Assembly (NCBI RefSeq): GCF_058153355.1
Contig: NZ_CM177019.1
Length of the DNA: 64,000 nt
Strand: one strand, 5' to 3'
Shown here: in pieces, positions 11,604-25,794 of the stretch
Position numbering within the stretch: the first letter of the stretch is position 1
How the letters are laid out: every line of letters starts with the position of its first letter
Translations under genes and position numbers: made by a program
The notes under the pieces: model-generated
The model's database searches: none
Seen by the model: the letters and a program-made list of their open reading frames with translations, nothing else
What the model was told of the DNA's origin: nothing

Positions 11604-11650
11604 AAGCTGATATGCGGCGTAAACGCCTCATTGCAGCAGGCGGCAAATGA

Positions 11651-12271
11651 TTATTTTTTCGCCGCGAAACGTGCCGCTGCTTCGTCCCAGTTCACCACGT
11701 TCCAGAACTCTTTGATGTAGTCAGGACGGCGGTTCTGGAATTTCAGGTAGTAAGCATGTTCCCACACATCCAGGCCCAGAATCGGGAAGCCGGAAGCGCC
11801 AGAAATAGCTTCACCCATCAGCGGGGAGTCCTGGTTAGCAGTAGAAACCACCGCCAGTTTATCGCCTTTCAGCACCAGCCATGCCCAGCCGGAACCAAAG
11901 CGGGAAGCTGCCGCTTTCTCAAATTCTGCTTTGAAGTTATCAACGGAGCCGAAGTCACGTTCGATAGCCGCTTTCAGGTCACCCTGTAAGGTGGTGCCTT
12001 TTTTCAGACCTTTCCAGAACAGGCTGTGGTTAGCGTGACCGCCAGCGTTGTTGCGCAGTACGGTTTTCTTGTCTGCTGGCAGCTGGTCCAGTTTGGTGAT
12101 CAGCTCTTCAACCGGCAGGTTGGCAAATTCTGGCAGGCTTTCCAGCGCCGCGTTGGCGTTGTTGACGTAGGTCTGATGGTGTTTGGTGTGGTGGATTTCC
12201 ATGGTCTGCTTATCGAAATGCGGTTCCAGGGCATCGTAAGCATACGGCAGGGATGGCAGGGTATAGCTCAT
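11651..12271 (-). CDS. sodA: Mn superoxide dismutase
   Basis: 206 aa from [20 protein letters not shown]...; metal ligands in conserved context. Confidence 0.96.
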   Translation of the reverse strand: MSYTLPSLPYAYDALEPHFDKQTMEIHHTKHHQTYVNNANAALESLPEFANLPVEELITKLDQLPADKKTVLRNNAGGHANHSLFWKGLKKGTTLQGDLKAAIERDFGSVDNFKAEFEKAAASRFGSGWAWLVLKGDKLAVVSTANQDSPLMGEAISGASGFPILGLDVWEHAYYLKFQNRRPDYIKEFWNVVNWDEAAARFAAKK

Positions 12272-12555
12272 ATTCATCTCCAGTATTGTCGGGCGGCCGA
12301 TTGTTAATGCCGCGTAAGCAGTTGGTTCATTATAGTTAATTAAATGATATTGAAAATGATTATCAATGCCGTACTTTTCGTAAGGGTATGGTTTTGCAGG
12401 AAAATGCCCGAGATGTGAAGCAAATCACCCACTTAATGCCGTGATTGCCAGTAAATCGACAACGGCGGCAACAGGCGAAAGGTTAATCGACAGCACGATT
12501 TTTACACTCATCTCGTCGGAGATGTGACGCGACGAAAAATGATGAGGATAAGAAG

Positions 12556-13590
12556 ATGAGTAACGCGATTACGATGGGGATATTTTGGCATTTGATCGGC
12601 GCGGCCAGTGCAGCCTGTTTTTACGCGCCGTTCAAAAAAGTAAAAAAATGGTCATGGGAAACCATGTGGTCAGTCGGTGGGATTGTTTCGTGGATTATTC
12701 TGCCGTGGGCCATCAGCGCCCTGTTACTACCGAATTTCTGGGCGTATTACAGCTCGTTTAGTCTCTCTACGCTGCTGCCTGTTTTTCTGTTCGGCGCTAT
12801 GTGGGGGATCGGTAATATCAACTACGGCCTGACCATGCGTTATCTCGGCATGTCGATGGGAATTGGCATCGCCATTGGCATTACGTTGATTGTCGGTACG
12901 CTGATGACGCCAATTATCAACGGCAATTTCGATGTTCTGATTAATACCGAAGGCGGACGCATGACGTTGCTCGGCGTTCTGGTGGCGCTGATTGGCGTAG
13001 GGATTGTAACTCGCGCCGGGCAGTTGAAAGAGCGCAAGATGGGCATAAAAGCCGAAGAGTTCAACCTGAAAAAAGGGCTGGTGCTGGCGGTGATGTGCGG
13101 CATTTTCTCTGCCGGGATGTCCTTTGCGATGAACGCCGCAAAACCGATGCATGAAGCAGCTGCCGCACTGGGCGTCGATCCACTGTATGTCGCTCTGCCA
13201 AGCTATGTTGTCATCATGGGAGGCGGCGCGATCATCAACCTCGGTTTCTGCTTCATTCGTCTGGCAAAAGTGAAGGATTTGTCGCTAAAAGCCGACTTTT
13301 CGCTGGCAAAACCGCTGATCATTCACAACGTGTTACTCTCGGCACTGGGCGGTTTGATGTGGTATCTGCAATTCTTTTTCTATGCCTGGGGCCACGCCCG
13401 CATTCCGGCGCAGTATGACTACATCAGCTGGATGCTGCATATGAGCTTCTATGTATTGTGCGGCGGTATCGTCGGGCTGGTGCTGAAAGAGTGGAACAAT
13501 GCAGGTCGCCGTCCGGTAACGGTGTTGAGCCTCGGTTGTGTGGTGATTATTGTCGCCGCCAACATCGTCGGCATGGGCATGGCGAATTAA
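12556..13590 (+). CDS. rhaT: L-rhamnose:H+ symporter
   Basis: 344-aa membrane protein; position next to rhaR. Confidence 0.93.
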   Translation: MSNAITMGIFWHLIGAASAACFYAPFKKVKKWSWETMWSVGGIVSWIILPWAISALLLPNFWAYYSSFSLSTLLPVFLFGAMWGIGNINYGLTMRYLGMSMGIGIAIGITLIVGTLMTPIINGNFDVLINTEGGRMTLLGVLVALIGVGIVTRAGQLKERKMGIKAEEFNLKKGLVLAVMCGIFSAGMSFAMNAAKPMHEAAAALGVDPLYVALPSYVVIMGGGAIINLGFCFIRLAKVKDLSLKADFSLAKPLIIHNVLLSALGGLMWYLQFFFYAWGHARIPAQYDYISWMLHMSFYVLCGGIVGLVLKEWNNAGRRPVTVLSLGCVVIIVAANIVGMGMAN

Positions 13591-14525
13591 TCTTTCTGCG
13601 AATTGAGATGACGCCACTGGCTGGGCGTCATCCCGGTTTCCCGGGTAAACACCACCGAAAAATAGTTACTATCTTCAAAGCCACATTCGGTTGAAATATC
13701 ACTGATTAACAGGCGGCTATGCTGGAGAAGATATTGCGCATGACACACTCTGACCTGCCGCAGATATTGATTGATGGTCATTCCAGTCTGCTGGCGAAAT
13801 TGCTGACGCAAAACGCGCTCACTGCACGATGCCTCATCACAAAATTCATCCAGCGCAAAGGGACTTTTCAGGCTGGCCGCCAGCCGGGTAATCAGCTTAT
13901 CCAGCAACGTTTCGCTGGATGTTGGCGGCAACGAATCACTGGTGTAACGATGGCGATTCAGCAACATCACCAACTGCCCGAACAGCAACTCTGCCATTTC
14001 GTTAGCAAACGGCACATGCTGACTACTTTCATGCTCAAGCTGACCGATAACCTGCCGCGCCTGTGCCATCCCCATGCTACCTAAGCGCCAGTGTGGTTGC
14101 CCTGCGCTGGCGCTAAATCCCGGAATCGCCCCCTGCCAGTCAAGATTCAGCTTCAGCCGCTCCGGGCAATAAATAATATTCTGCAAAACCAGATCGTTAA
14201 CGGAAGCGTAGGAGTGTTTATCGTCAGCATGAATGTAAAAGAGATCGCCACGGGTAATGCGATAAGGGCGATCGTTGAGTACATGCAGACCATTACCGCG
14301 CCAGACAATTACCAGCTCACAAAAATCATGTGTATGTTCAGCAAAGACATCTTGCGGATAACGGTCAGCCACAGCGACTGCCTGCTGGTCGCTGGCAAAA
14401 AAATCATCTTTGAGAAGTTTTAACTGATGCGCCACCGTGGCTACCTCGGCCAGAGAACGAAGTTGATTATTCGCAATATGGCGTACAAATACGTTGAGAA
14501 GATTCGCGTTATTGCAGAAAGCCAT
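13587..14525 (-). CDS. rhaR: AraC-family rhamnose regulator RhaR; start codon uncertain
   Basis: AraC-type HTH C-terminus and cupin N-terminus. ATG at 14525 gives 312 aa; a shorter form from an internal start is possible. Converges on rhaT with a 4-bp overlap. Confidence 0.85.
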   Translation of the reverse strand: MAFCNNANLLNVFVRHIANNQLRSLAEVATVAHQLKLLKDDFFASDQQAVAVADRYPQDVFAEHTHDFCELVIVWRGNGLHVLNDRPYRITRGDLFYIHADDKHSYASVNDLVLQNIIYCPERLKLNLDWQGAIPGFSASAGQPHWRLGSMGMAQARQVIGQLEHESSQHVPFANEMAELLFGQLVMLLNRHRYTSDSLPPTSSETLLDKLITRLAASLKSPFALDEFCDEASCSERVLRQQFRQQTGMTINQYLRQVRVCHAQYLLQHSRLLISDISTECGFEDSNYFSVVFTRETGMTPSQWRHLNSQKD

Positions 14526-15345
14526 CCCGTCCCTGGCGAATATCACGCGGTGACCAGTTAAACTCTCGGCGAAAAAGCGTCGAAAAGTGGTTACTGTCGC
14601 TAAATCCGCAGCGATAGGCGATGTCAGTAACGCTGGCCTCGCTGTGGCGTAGCAGATGTCGGGCTTTCATCAGTCGCAGGCGGTTCAGGTAACGCTGAGG
14701 CGTCAGTCCCGTTTTCTGCTTAAGCTGCCGATGTAGCGTACGCAGCGAAAGAGAAAATTGATCCGCCACGGCATCCCAATTTACCTCATCGGCAAAATGG
14801 TCCTCCAGCCAGGCCAGAAGCAAGTTGAGACGTGATGCGCTGTTTTCCAGGTTCTCCTGCAAACTGCTTTTACGCAGCAAGAGCAGTAATTGCATAAACA
14901 AGATCTCGCGACTGGCGGTCGAGGGTAAATCATTTTCCCCTTCCTGCTGTTCCATCTGTGCAACCAGCTGTCGCACCTGCTGCAACACGCTGTGGTTAAC
15001 GCGCCAGTGAGACGGATACTGCCCATCCTGCTCTTGTGGCAGCAACTGATTCAGCCCGGCGAGAAACTGAAATCGATCCGGCGAGCGATACAGCACATTG
15101 GTCAGACACAGATTATCGGTATGTTCATACAGATGCCGATCATGATCGCGTACGAAACAGACAGTCCCACCGGTGATGGTATAGGGCTGCCCATTAAACA
15201 CATGAATACCCGTGCCATGTTCGACAATCACAATTTCATGAAAATCATGATGATGTTCAGGAAAATCCGCCTGCGGGAGCCGGGGTTCTATCGCCACGGA
15301 CGCGTTACCAGACGGAAAAAAATCCACACTATGTAATACGGTCAT
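14509..15345 (-). CDS. rhaS: AraC-family activator of rhaBAD/rhaT
   Basis: 278 aa; 3' end overlaps the rhaR start region. Confidence 0.93.
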   Translation of the reverse strand: MTVLHSVDFFPSGNASVAIEPRLPQADFPEHHHDFHEIVIVEHGTGIHVFNGQPYTITGGTVCFVRDHDRHLYEHTDNLCLTNVLYRSPDRFQFLAGLNQLLPQEQDGQYPSHWRVNHSVLQQVRQLVAQMEQQEGENDLPSTASREILFMQLLLLLRKSSLQENLENSASRLNLLLAWLEDHFADEVNWDAVADQFSLSLRTLHRQLKQKTGLTPQRYLNRLRLMKARHLLRHSEASVTDIAYRCGFSDSNHFSTLFRREFNWSPRDIRQGRDGFLQ

Positions 15346-15508
15346 ACTGGCCTCCTGATGTCGTCAACACGGCGAAATAGTAATCACGAGGTCAGGTTCT
15401 TACCTTAAATTTTCGACGGAAAACCACGTAAAAAACGTCTATTTTTCAAGATACAGCGTGAATTTTCAGGAAATGCGGTGAGCATCACATCACCACAATT
15501 CAGCAAAT

Positions 15509-15580
15509 TGTGAACATCATCACGTTCATCTTTCCCTGGTTGCCAATGGCCCATTTTCCTGTCAGTAACGAGAAGGTCGC
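15509..15580. promoter_or_regulatory. rhaBAD promoter control region: CRP site (about 15509..15524) and RhaS half-sites (about 15528..15578)
   Basis: tgtgaacatcatcacg matches TGTGA-N6-TCACA; the downstream atctttccctggttgcc and attttcctgtcagtaacgagaag are the classical RhaS sites of PrhaBAD. Confidence 0.8.
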
Positions 15581-15599
15581 GAATTCAGGCGCTTTTTAG

Positions 15600-18358
<2,759 letters not shown>

Positions 18359-18360
18359 AC

Positions 18361-18400
18361 ACTGCCGGATGCGGCGCGAGCGCCTTATCCGGCCTACGGG
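18361..18400. repeat. REP element between rhaA and rhaD
   Basis: gccggatgcggcgcgagcgccttatccggcctac. Confidence 0.8.
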
Positions 18401-18440
18401 TCGTGCATCCGACAACACCGAATTTACAGGAACACAGAAC

Positions 18441-19265
18441 ATGCAAAACATTACCCAGTCCTGGTTTGTCCAGGGAATGATCAAAGCCACCACCGACGCC
18501 TGGCTGAAAGGCTGGGACGAGCGCAATGGTGGTAACCTGACGCTGCGCCTGGATGACGCCGATATCGCACCGTATCACGACAACTTTCATGCACAACCGC
18601 GCTATATCCCGCTCAGCCAGCCCATGCCTTTACTGGCAAATACACCGTTTATTGTCACCGGCTCCGGCAAATTCTTTCGTAACGTCCAGCTTGATCCTGC
18701 GGCTAACTTAGGCGTCGTAAAAGTCGACAGCGACGGCGCGGGCTACCACATTCTCTGGGGGCTAACTCACGAAGCCGTTCCAACCTCTGAACTTCCGGCT
18801 CACTTCCTTTCCCACTGTGAGCGCATTAAAGCCACCAACGGTAAAGATCGGGTGATCATGCACTGCCACGCCACCAACCTGATCGCCCTTACCTACGTAC
18901 TGGAAAACGACACCGCGCTCTTCACTCGCCAGCTTTGGGAAGGCAGCACCGAGTGTCTGGTAGTGTTCCCGGATGGCGTCGGCATTTTGCCGTGGATGGT
19001 GCCCGGCACGGACGAAATCGGCCAGGCGACCGCACAGGAAATGCAAAAACATTCGCTGGTGTTGTGGCCCTTCCACGGCGTCTTCGGCAGCGGTCCGACA
19101 CTGGATGAAACATTCGGTTTAATCGACACCGCAGAAAAATCAGCACAAGTATTAGTGAAGGTTTATTCGATGGGCGGCATGAAACAGACCATCAGTCGTG
19201 AAGAGCTGATAGCACTCGGCCAGCGTTTCGGCGTTACACCACTAGCCAGTGCGCTGGCGCTGTAA
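18441..19265 (+). CDS. rhaD: rhamnulose-1-phosphate aldolase
   Basis: 274 aa from internal ATG ([21 protein letters not shown]...); class II aldolase. Confidence 0.93.
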   Translation: MQNITQSWFVQGMIKATTDAWLKGWDERNGGNLTLRLDDADIAPYHDNFHAQPRYIPLSQPMPLLANTPFIVTGSGKFFRNVQLDPAANLGVVKVDSDGAGYHILWGLTHEAVPTSELPAHFLSHCERIKATNGKDRVIMHCHATNLIALTYVLENDTALFTRQLWEGSTECLVVFPDGVGILPWMVPGTDEIGQATAQEMQKHSLVLWPFHGVFGSGPTLDETFGLIDTAEKSAQVLVKVYSMGGMKQTISREELIALGQRFGVTPLASALAL

Positions 19266-19274
19266 GGAGCAAAC

Positions 19275-19589
19275 ATGATCCGCAAAGCCTTTGTCATGCA
19301 GGTTAACCCCGACGCCCACGAAGAGTATCAGCGTCGGCATAATCCAATCTGGCCGGAACTGGAAGCAGTGTTGAAATCTCACGGTGCGCATAACTACGCC
19401 ATTTACCTCGACAAAGCGCGTAATCTGCTGTTTGCCACGGTAGAGATTGAATCTGAAGAACGGTGGAATGTGGTAGCCAGTACTGATGTTTGCCAACGTT
19501 GGTGGAAGTATATGACCGACGTTATGCCAGCTAACCCGGACAACAGCCCAGTCAGTAGCGAGCTGCAAGAAGTGTTTTACCTGCCTTAA
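19275..19589 (+). CDS. rhaM: L-rhamnose mutarotase
   Basis: 104 aa directly after rhaD. Confidence 0.9.
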   Translation: MIRKAFVMQVNPDAHEEYQRRHNPIWPELEAVLKSHGAHNYAIYLDKARNLLFATVEIESEERWNVVASTDVCQRWWKYMTDVMPANPDNSPVSSELQEVFYLP

Positions 19590-19629
19590 TGAGTTGCGGT
19601 GCCGGAAAATATCCAGCACCGCGCCTTCA

Positions 19630-21024
19630 TCAGAAGAAGTATTTAAAGCGAACGCGTGCGCCGTAACGGTCATCAGTATCATCACCGTGTTTTTTATCAC
19701 CGTCGCTATCCAGAATGGAGTAATAAGTACCAAGGTAAATATTAAAGTTCTCCATATCCATCACATTAGCGAACTGATAAGACGCATGAATGGTGTGAAT
19801 GGTGTACGTCCCTTCATCATCAATCCAGCAGTCGTTATCACAAACTACACCGCTGAATTCATCAATCTTATTGTGCGCGTAGATATAACCCAGCTCGAAA
19901 CGTTTCCACAGCGCGTTAATCCCGGCAGTGAAATCTTTTTCATTATTAGCATCTAAATAGGCGGTATTAAGATTAACCACGACGCCATTTTCCGGATCCG
20001 TTTTCAGGCCATTCCAGGTCATGCTCATACCATAGCCGGTACGATCGGACTGATCGACAAAATTACCCTTGCTATCGGTATAACCATAAGCATTATTTAC
20101 TACGTTCGCTTCCATCGCTGCGGAAACGGTGAATTCTTCCGTCGGCGACCAGGCAATTACCGGACGCAGATAAGCAACATTTTTCTGCTGCTTCATATCG
20201 CGTCCATGATAATTACCGTCATTATATAAAGATGTTCCGTCTTCAAGTAACGTGTTTAATTCAAAATACCAGTTATCGAGTTGTTTGCTGACGAGGAAAT
20301 TACCGCCAGCGTTAGAGCGCCCGCGGCCCTCTTTCATCATATAGATATAACCGCTGCCATCGTCATAAAGATCGTTCGCAGTATTACCGGAATGTTCAAC
20401 AAAGGTATCCTGATTCAGCGGGAACATATCGTAGGCTTCAAAACGGCCTACTTTGACCTTCCAGTCGTTTTCTTTGCCAAAGAAGAATACCGCATCATCG
20501 ATATTTACTGAACCGTGCATATCCCCCAGCGGTTGTGCGGAGAACCCGGCGAAATAACCATTATCCAGTTTTCGCATACCATCAAAACCTAACAGAATAC
20601 GACCATTGAGATTCCACTGTTCATTAGTGGGATCGCTATTCACATCAGCGTTGGTCATTGCCAGCAGGCCATGATTACTTTCCGCATCCATATTAAATTC
20701 TACGTCGCCGTAGATTTTTAAATCGCCATAACCTGAAAGCAAAAGATTAGGTGAGGTGGCATTTTTCTTTGCAGATTCCGCCGTTGTCTGTCCATTTACC
20801 GGCGTATTGCCCTGGGCAGCCTTAATTTCGCGGATCTCAGCGGCTTGTTGTGTCTGCAGCTGTTTTACCTGCCCCTCTGCTTTTGCTGCCCGCATTTCTG
20901 CCGCTTCCAGGCGTTCTTCCAGCAATGCCATGCGTTGTTCCAGCGTTAAATGCTGTGTTTTTGCCATTCCGGTACTACATGCCAATAATAAACCGATGGC
21001 TAAAGATAATGTCGATTTTTTCAT
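19630..21024 (-). CDS. outer-membrane carbohydrate-porin-like protein with N-terminal coiled-coil extension (ScrY/BglH-like architecture)
   Basis: 464 aa; signal peptide MKKSTLSLAIGLLLACSTGMA, then a heptad-like region (LEQRMALLEERLEAAEMRAAKAEGQVKQLQTQQAAEIREIKAAQ), then an aromatic-rich barrel-like region ending in C-terminal Phe (..RFKYFF). Confidence 0.7.
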   Translation of the reverse strand: MKKSTLSLAIGLLLACSTGMAKTQHLTLEQRMALLEERLEAAEMRAAKAEGQVKQLQTQQAAEIREIKAAQGNTPVNGQTTAESAKKNATSPNLLLSGYGDLKIYGDVEFNMDAESNHGLLAMTNADVNSDPTNEQWNLNGRILLGFDGMRKLDNGYFAGFSAQPLGDMHGSVNIDDAVFFFGKENDWKVKVGRFEAYDMFPLNQDTFVEHSGNTANDLYDDGSGYIYMMKEGRGRSNAGGNFLVSKQLDNWYFELNTLLEDGTSLYNDGNYHGRDMKQQKNVAYLRPVIAWSPTEEFTVSAAMEANVVNNAYGYTDSKGNFVDQSDRTGYGMSMTWNGLKTDPENGVVVNLNTAYLDANNEKDFTAGINALWKRFELGYIYAHNKIDEFSGVVCDNDCWIDDEGTYTIHTIHASYQFANVMDMENFNIYLGTYYSILDSDGDKKHGDDTDDRYGARVRFKYFF

Positions 21025-21500
21025 TATTTACGTTCCCTGAAATAAAAGATACCCTACGCTTTCCAAAAGGAATACGTATATAGAGAAATATAAGGTGTGC
21101 ACTTTCGAATTTTTAATCCAACTTCAGCAGGCCGATGGATAGTATCCCGCTGCATAATATGAGTAAATCCGCTGATTTCCTGGAACGTGAGGAATATAAC
21201 AATAGTGCCGTTTTTAACTAAATATCGTAAAAAATATTAGATATAATTCACGCTGACTCATAAGCCACAAATATAAATAACCTTGCTGCAAAATATGTGC
21301 GGCAGTTAAACATTCACAACATCATTAAATAATGATTTTTTATTCACTGCATTTATTTTTCCCATCAATATGTGCCTTACACCGCAAAATTTATCCTTCA
21401 CTCTGCCTTATATTGTCACGACTTCACGACATATCCGCGCTCATCACAAAACCGCCCCGCCGTTACAATTAACTATAATATTTTTTCATGGAGTCCAATA

Positions 21501-21947
21501 ATGGCAGCACTTACTGCAAGCTGTATTGACCTGAATATTCAGGGCAATGGCACTTATTCCGTTCTGAAGCAGTTAGCGACAATGGCGTTACAAAACGGTT
21601 TTATCACCGACTCACATCAATTCCTGCAAACCCTGCTGGTGCGCGAAAAAATGCACTCCACCGGTTTTGGTTCTGGTGTCGCCGTGCCGCACGGTAAAAG
21701 CGCCTGTGTTAAACAACCGTTCGTATTATTCGCTCGCAAAGCGCAGGCCATTGACTGGAAAGCCAGCGATGGCGAAGACGTCAATTGCTGGATCTGCCTC
21801 GGCGTGCCGCAAAGTGGCGAAGAGGATCAGGTCAAAATCATCGGCACACTGTGTCGCAAAATTATCCACCAGGATTTTATCAACCAACTGCGACAAGGCG
21901 ACGCCGTCCAGGTGCTTGCTTTGTTAAATCAAACCCTCAGCTCATAA
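21501..21947 (+). CDS. frvA: PTS fructose-like EIIA component
   Basis: 148 aa from internal ATG (MAALTASCIDLNIQG...); EIIA(Fru/Mtl)-type with the conserved His context. Confidence 0.85.
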   Translation: MAALTASCIDLNIQGNGTYSVLKQLATMALQNGFITDSHQFLQTLLVREKMHSTGFGSGVAVPHGKSACVKQPFVLFARKAQAIDWKASDGEDVNCWICLGVPQSGEEDQVKIIGTLCRKIIHQDFINQLRQGDAVQVLALLNQTLSS

Positions 21948-21957
21948 GGAAGTGGCG

Positions 21958-23409
21958 ATGGAGTCATCCTTACGTATTGTCGCGATCACCAACTGCCCCG
22001 CCGGGATCGCTCACACCTACATGGTGGCGGAAGCCCTGGAACAGAAAGCCCGTTCTCTCGGTCATACCATTAAAGTTGAAACTCAAGGATCAAGCGGCGT
22101 CGAAAACCGCTTATCCAGCGAAGAGATTGCCGCTGCCGATTACGTGATTCTCGCTACCGGGCGTGGCCTGAGCGGTGATGATCGCGCGCGATTTGCCGGG
22201 AAAAAGGTTTATGAGATTGCCATCTCCCAGGCGCTGAAAAATATCGACCAGATTTTCAGTGAATTACCGACAAACTCACAACTTTTTGCCGCAGATAGCG
22301 GCGTGAAGCTCGGCAAACAGGAAGTGCAAAGTGGCAGCGTAATGAGCCATCTGATGGCGGGCGTCTCTGCGGCGCTGCCGTTTGTCATCGGTGGCGGTAT
22401 CCTGGTGGCGCTTGCCAACATGCTGGTGCAGTTCGGTTTGCCGTATACCGATATGTCGAAAGGTGCGCCGTCGTTTACCTGGGTGGTTGAATCCATCGGT
22501 TATCTCGGTTTCACCTTTATGATCCCCATCATGGGCGCTTATATTGCCTCGTCGATTGCCGATAAACCCGCTTTCGCTCCGGCGTTTCTGGTTTGTTATC
22601 TGGCGAACGACAAAGCCCTGCTCGGCACCCAGTCTGGCGCGGGCTTCCTCGGTGCGGTGGTGCTTGGGCTGGCGATTGGCTATTTCGTCTTCTGGTTCCG
22701 TAAAGTGCGCCTTGGCAAAGCATTACAACCGCTGCTCGGTTCCATGCTGATCCCGTTCGTTACTCTGCTGGTTTTTGGCGTACTGACTTACTACGTTATC
22801 CGACCGGTGATGTCCGACCTCATGGGCGGGTTGCTGCACTTCCTGAACACCATTCCTCCGTCAATGAAGTTTGCGGCGGCGTTTCTGGTTGGTGCGATGC
22901 TGGCATTCGATATGGGCGGCCCCATCAACAAAACCGCCTGGTTCTTCTGCTTCTCTCTGCTGGAAAAACACATTTACGACTGGTACGCCATCGTCGGCGT
23001 TGTCGCGCTAATGCCGCCTGTCGCGGCGGGTCTTGCGACGTTCATTGCGCCCAAACTGTTTACTCAACAGGAAAAAGAAGCCGCCAGTAGCGCCATAGTG
23101 GTCGGTGCCACAGTCGCAACCGAACCGGCTATTCCTTACGCTCTGGCAGCCCCGTTGCCGATGATTACCGCCAATACGCTGGCGGGCGGTATTACCGGCG
23201 TGCTGGTGATCGCTTTCGGAATCAAACGTCTGGCACCTGGTTTGGGTATCTTTGACCCGCTGATCGGCCTGATGTCGCCGGTAGGTTCGTTTTATCTGGT
23301 GCTGGCGATTGGCCTCGCGCTGAACATTTCATTCATTATCGTCCTGAAAGGATTATGGTTACGCCGCAAAGCCAAAGCTGCGCAACAGGAGCTTGTCCAT
23401 GAACATTGA
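21958..23409 (+). CDS. frvB: PTS fructose-like EIIBC component
   Basis: 483 aa from ATG 21958 (SD aagga upstream); N-terminal EIIB Cys motif (ITNCPAGIAHTYM) then polytopic EIIC. Confidence 0.88.
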   Translation: MESSLRIVAITNCPAGIAHTYMVAEALEQKARSLGHTIKVETQGSSGVENRLSSEEIAAADYVILATGRGLSGDDRARFAGKKVYEIAISQALKNIDQIFSELPTNSQLFAADSGVKLGKQEVQSGSVMSHLMAGVSAALPFVIGGGILVALANMLVQFGLPYTDMSKGAPSFTWVVESIGYLGFTFMIPIMGAYIASSIADKPAFAPAFLVCYLANDKALLGTQSGAGFLGAVVLGLAIGYFVFWFRKVRLGKALQPLLGSMLIPFVTLLVFGVLTYYVIRPVMSDLMGGLLHFLNTIPPSMKFAAAFLVGAMLAFDMGGPINKTAWFFCFSLLEKHIYDWYAIVGVVALMPPVAAGLATFIAPKLFTQQEKEAASSAIVVGATVATEPAIPYALAAPLPMITANTLAGGITGVLVIAFGIKRLAPGLGIFDPLIGLMSPVGSFYLVLAIGLALNISFIIVLKGLWLRRKAKAAQQELVHEH

Positions 23410-24469
23410 GTTACTGCAACAGTTGTGCGAAGCCAGCGCCGTCAGCGGCGATGAACAGGAAGTTCGCGACATTCTGATGAACACGCTGGAACCCTGCGTG
23501 AATGAGATCACCTTCGATGGTCTGGGCAGCTTTGTTGCCCGTAAGGGGAATAAAGGGCCGAAAGTTGCCGTTGTCGGGCATATGGATGAAGTCGGCTTTA
23601 TGGTCACCCACATCGACGAGAGCGGTTTTCTGCGTTTTACCACCATTGGCGGCTGGTGGAATCAGTCGATGCTCAACCACCGGGTAACCATACGCACACA
23701 CAAGGGAGTGAAAATCCCTGGTGTAATTGGCTCCGTCGCGCCACATGCGTTAACCGAAAAGCAAAAGCAACAACCGCTGTCATTTGATGAGATGTTCATT
23801 GATATTGGCGCGAACAGTCGCGAAGAAGCGGAAAAACGTGGCGTGGAAATTGGCGATTTTATTAGCCCGGAAGCCAATTTTGCCTGCTGGGGCGAAGATA
23901 AAGTGGTCGGCAAGGCGTTGGATAACCGCATCGGCTGCGCAATGATGGCTGAACTATTGCAGACGGTGAATAACCCCGAAATTACGCTTTATGGCGTTGG
24001 CAGTGTGGAAGAAGAAGTTGGGCTACGCGGGGCACAAACCTCGGCTGAACACATTAAACCGGATGTGGTGATCGTGCTGGATACCGCCGTCGCGGGCGAT
24101 GTTCCGGGCATTGATAACATTAAATACCCGCTGAAACTGAGCAACGGGCCGGGGCTGATGTTGTTTGACAAGCGCTACTTCCCCAACCAGAAACTGGTAG
24201 CAGCGTTAAAAAACTGTGCCGTACATAACGATTTACCACTGCAATTTTGCACCATGAAAACCGGAGCGACGGATGGCGGGCGCTACAACGTGATGGGCGG
24301 CGGGCGTCCGGTTGTCGCGCTGTGCCTGCCAACGCGTTATCTGCACGCTAACAGCGGCATGATTTCAAAAGCCGATTACGATGCTCTGCTCACGTTGATA
24401 AGGGATTTTCTGACCACCTTAACCGCGGAGAAAGTCAACGCGTTTAGCCAGTTCCGTCAGGTGGATTAA
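23399..24469 (+). CDS. frvX: M42-family aminopeptidase/endoglucanase-like protein
   Basis: 356 aa; start overlaps the frvB 3' end. Confidence 0.85.
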   Translation: MNIELLQQLCEASAVSGDEQEVRDILMNTLEPCVNEITFDGLGSFVARKGNKGPKVAVVGHMDEVGFMVTHIDESGFLRFTTIGGWWNQSMLNHRVTIRTHKGVKIPGVIGSVAPHALTEKQKQQPLSFDEMFIDIGANSREEAEKRGVEIGDFISPEANFACWGEDKVVGKALDNRIGCAMMAELLQTVNNPEITLYGVGSVEEEVGLRGAQTSAEHIKPDVVIVLDTAVAGDVPGIDNIKYPLKLSNGPGLMLFDKRYFPNQKLVAALKNCAVHNDLPLQFCTMKTGATDGGRYNVMGGGRPVVALCLPTRYLHANSGMISKADYDALLTLIRDFLTTLTAEKVNAFSQFRQVD

Positions 24470-25782
24470 TGCTAAACGAACGCCAGTTAAAGATTGTCGA
24501 TCTGCTGGAGCAACAGCCACGCACGCCTGGCGAGCTGGCGCAACAGACTGGCGTTTCTGGCAGGACCATCCTGCGTGATATTGACTATCTCAACTTTACC
24601 CTTAACGGCAAAGCCCGCATTTCCGCCAGTGGCAACGCGGGCTATCAGCTGGAAATCTTCGAGCGCCGCAGCTTTTTTCAGTTGCTGCAAAAGCACGATA
24701 ACGACGATCGGCTGCTGGCGCTGTTATTACTGAATACCTTCACTCCCCGTGCGCAACTCGCCTCGGCGCTTAATTTGCCAGAAACGTGGGTCGCAGAGCG
24801 TCTGCCCCGCCTGAAACAGCGCTATGAACGCGGTTTTTGTCTCGCTAGTCGCCCTGGTTTGGGCCATTTCATTGATGAGACAGAAGAGAAACGCATTATT
24901 TTGCTGGCGAATCTTTTACGCAAAGATCCGTTTTTAATTCCGCTGTCGGGAGTAACACGAGACAATTTTCAACAATTAACCACCGCCTGCGAAAAGCAAC
25001 GTCGCTGGCCGCTGATGCAAGGCGACTATCTCTCAAGCCTGATTCTGGCTATTTACGCGTTGCGTAATCAGCTTACTGACACATGGCCTGAATATCCCGG
25101 TAGCGAGATAAAACAGATTGTTGAATATAGCGGCCTGTTTCTTGGTGATAACGCTGTAAGAACGCTGACGGGGTTGATAGAAAAACAGTATCAGCAAGCA
25201 CAGGTAATTTCTGCCGATCATGTGCTGGCATTGCTGCAAAGGGTGCCGGGCATTGCGTCATTGAATATTATTGATACGCAGCTGGTTGAGAATATTACCG
25301 GGCATTTATTACGTTGCCTTGCCGCGCCGGTGTGGATTGGTGAGCACCGCCAAAGCAGCATGAATAACCTGAAAGCCGCCTGGCCTGCGGCCTTTGATAT
25401 GAGTCTGCACTTTATTACGCTACTGCGTGAACAGCTCGATATTCCCCTTTTCGACAGCGATCTGATTGGTTTGTATTTTGCCTGTGCGCTGGAACGGCAT
25501 CAAAACGAACGCCAGCCGATCATTTTGCTCTCTGATCAGAACGCGATTGCCACTATTAATCAGCTCGCCATTGAGCGCGATGTCCTGAATTGTCGGGTGA
25601 TTATTGCCCGCAGCGTAAGCGAACTGGTTGCCATTCGCGAAGAGATTGAGCCGTTATTGATCATTAATAACAGCCATTATTTACTGGATGACGCGGTCAA
25701 TAATTGCATCATCGTAAAAAATATCATTACGGCTGCCGGTATCGAACAAATAAAACATTTTCTGGCGACGGCATTTATTCGC

Positions 25783-25794
25783 CAGCAACCGGAG
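25783..25794. repeat. IS4 target-site duplication, left copy (CAGCAACCGGAG)
   Basis: 12-bp direct repeat flanking the element; identical copy at 27221..27232. Confidence 0.85.

Noticed and set aside
13587-14546. Longest rhaR ORF start (319 aa)
   Set aside because: The extension overlaps the rhaS 3' end further and begins at a non-ATG codon; a downstream start is more plausible, though the exact start stays uncertain.
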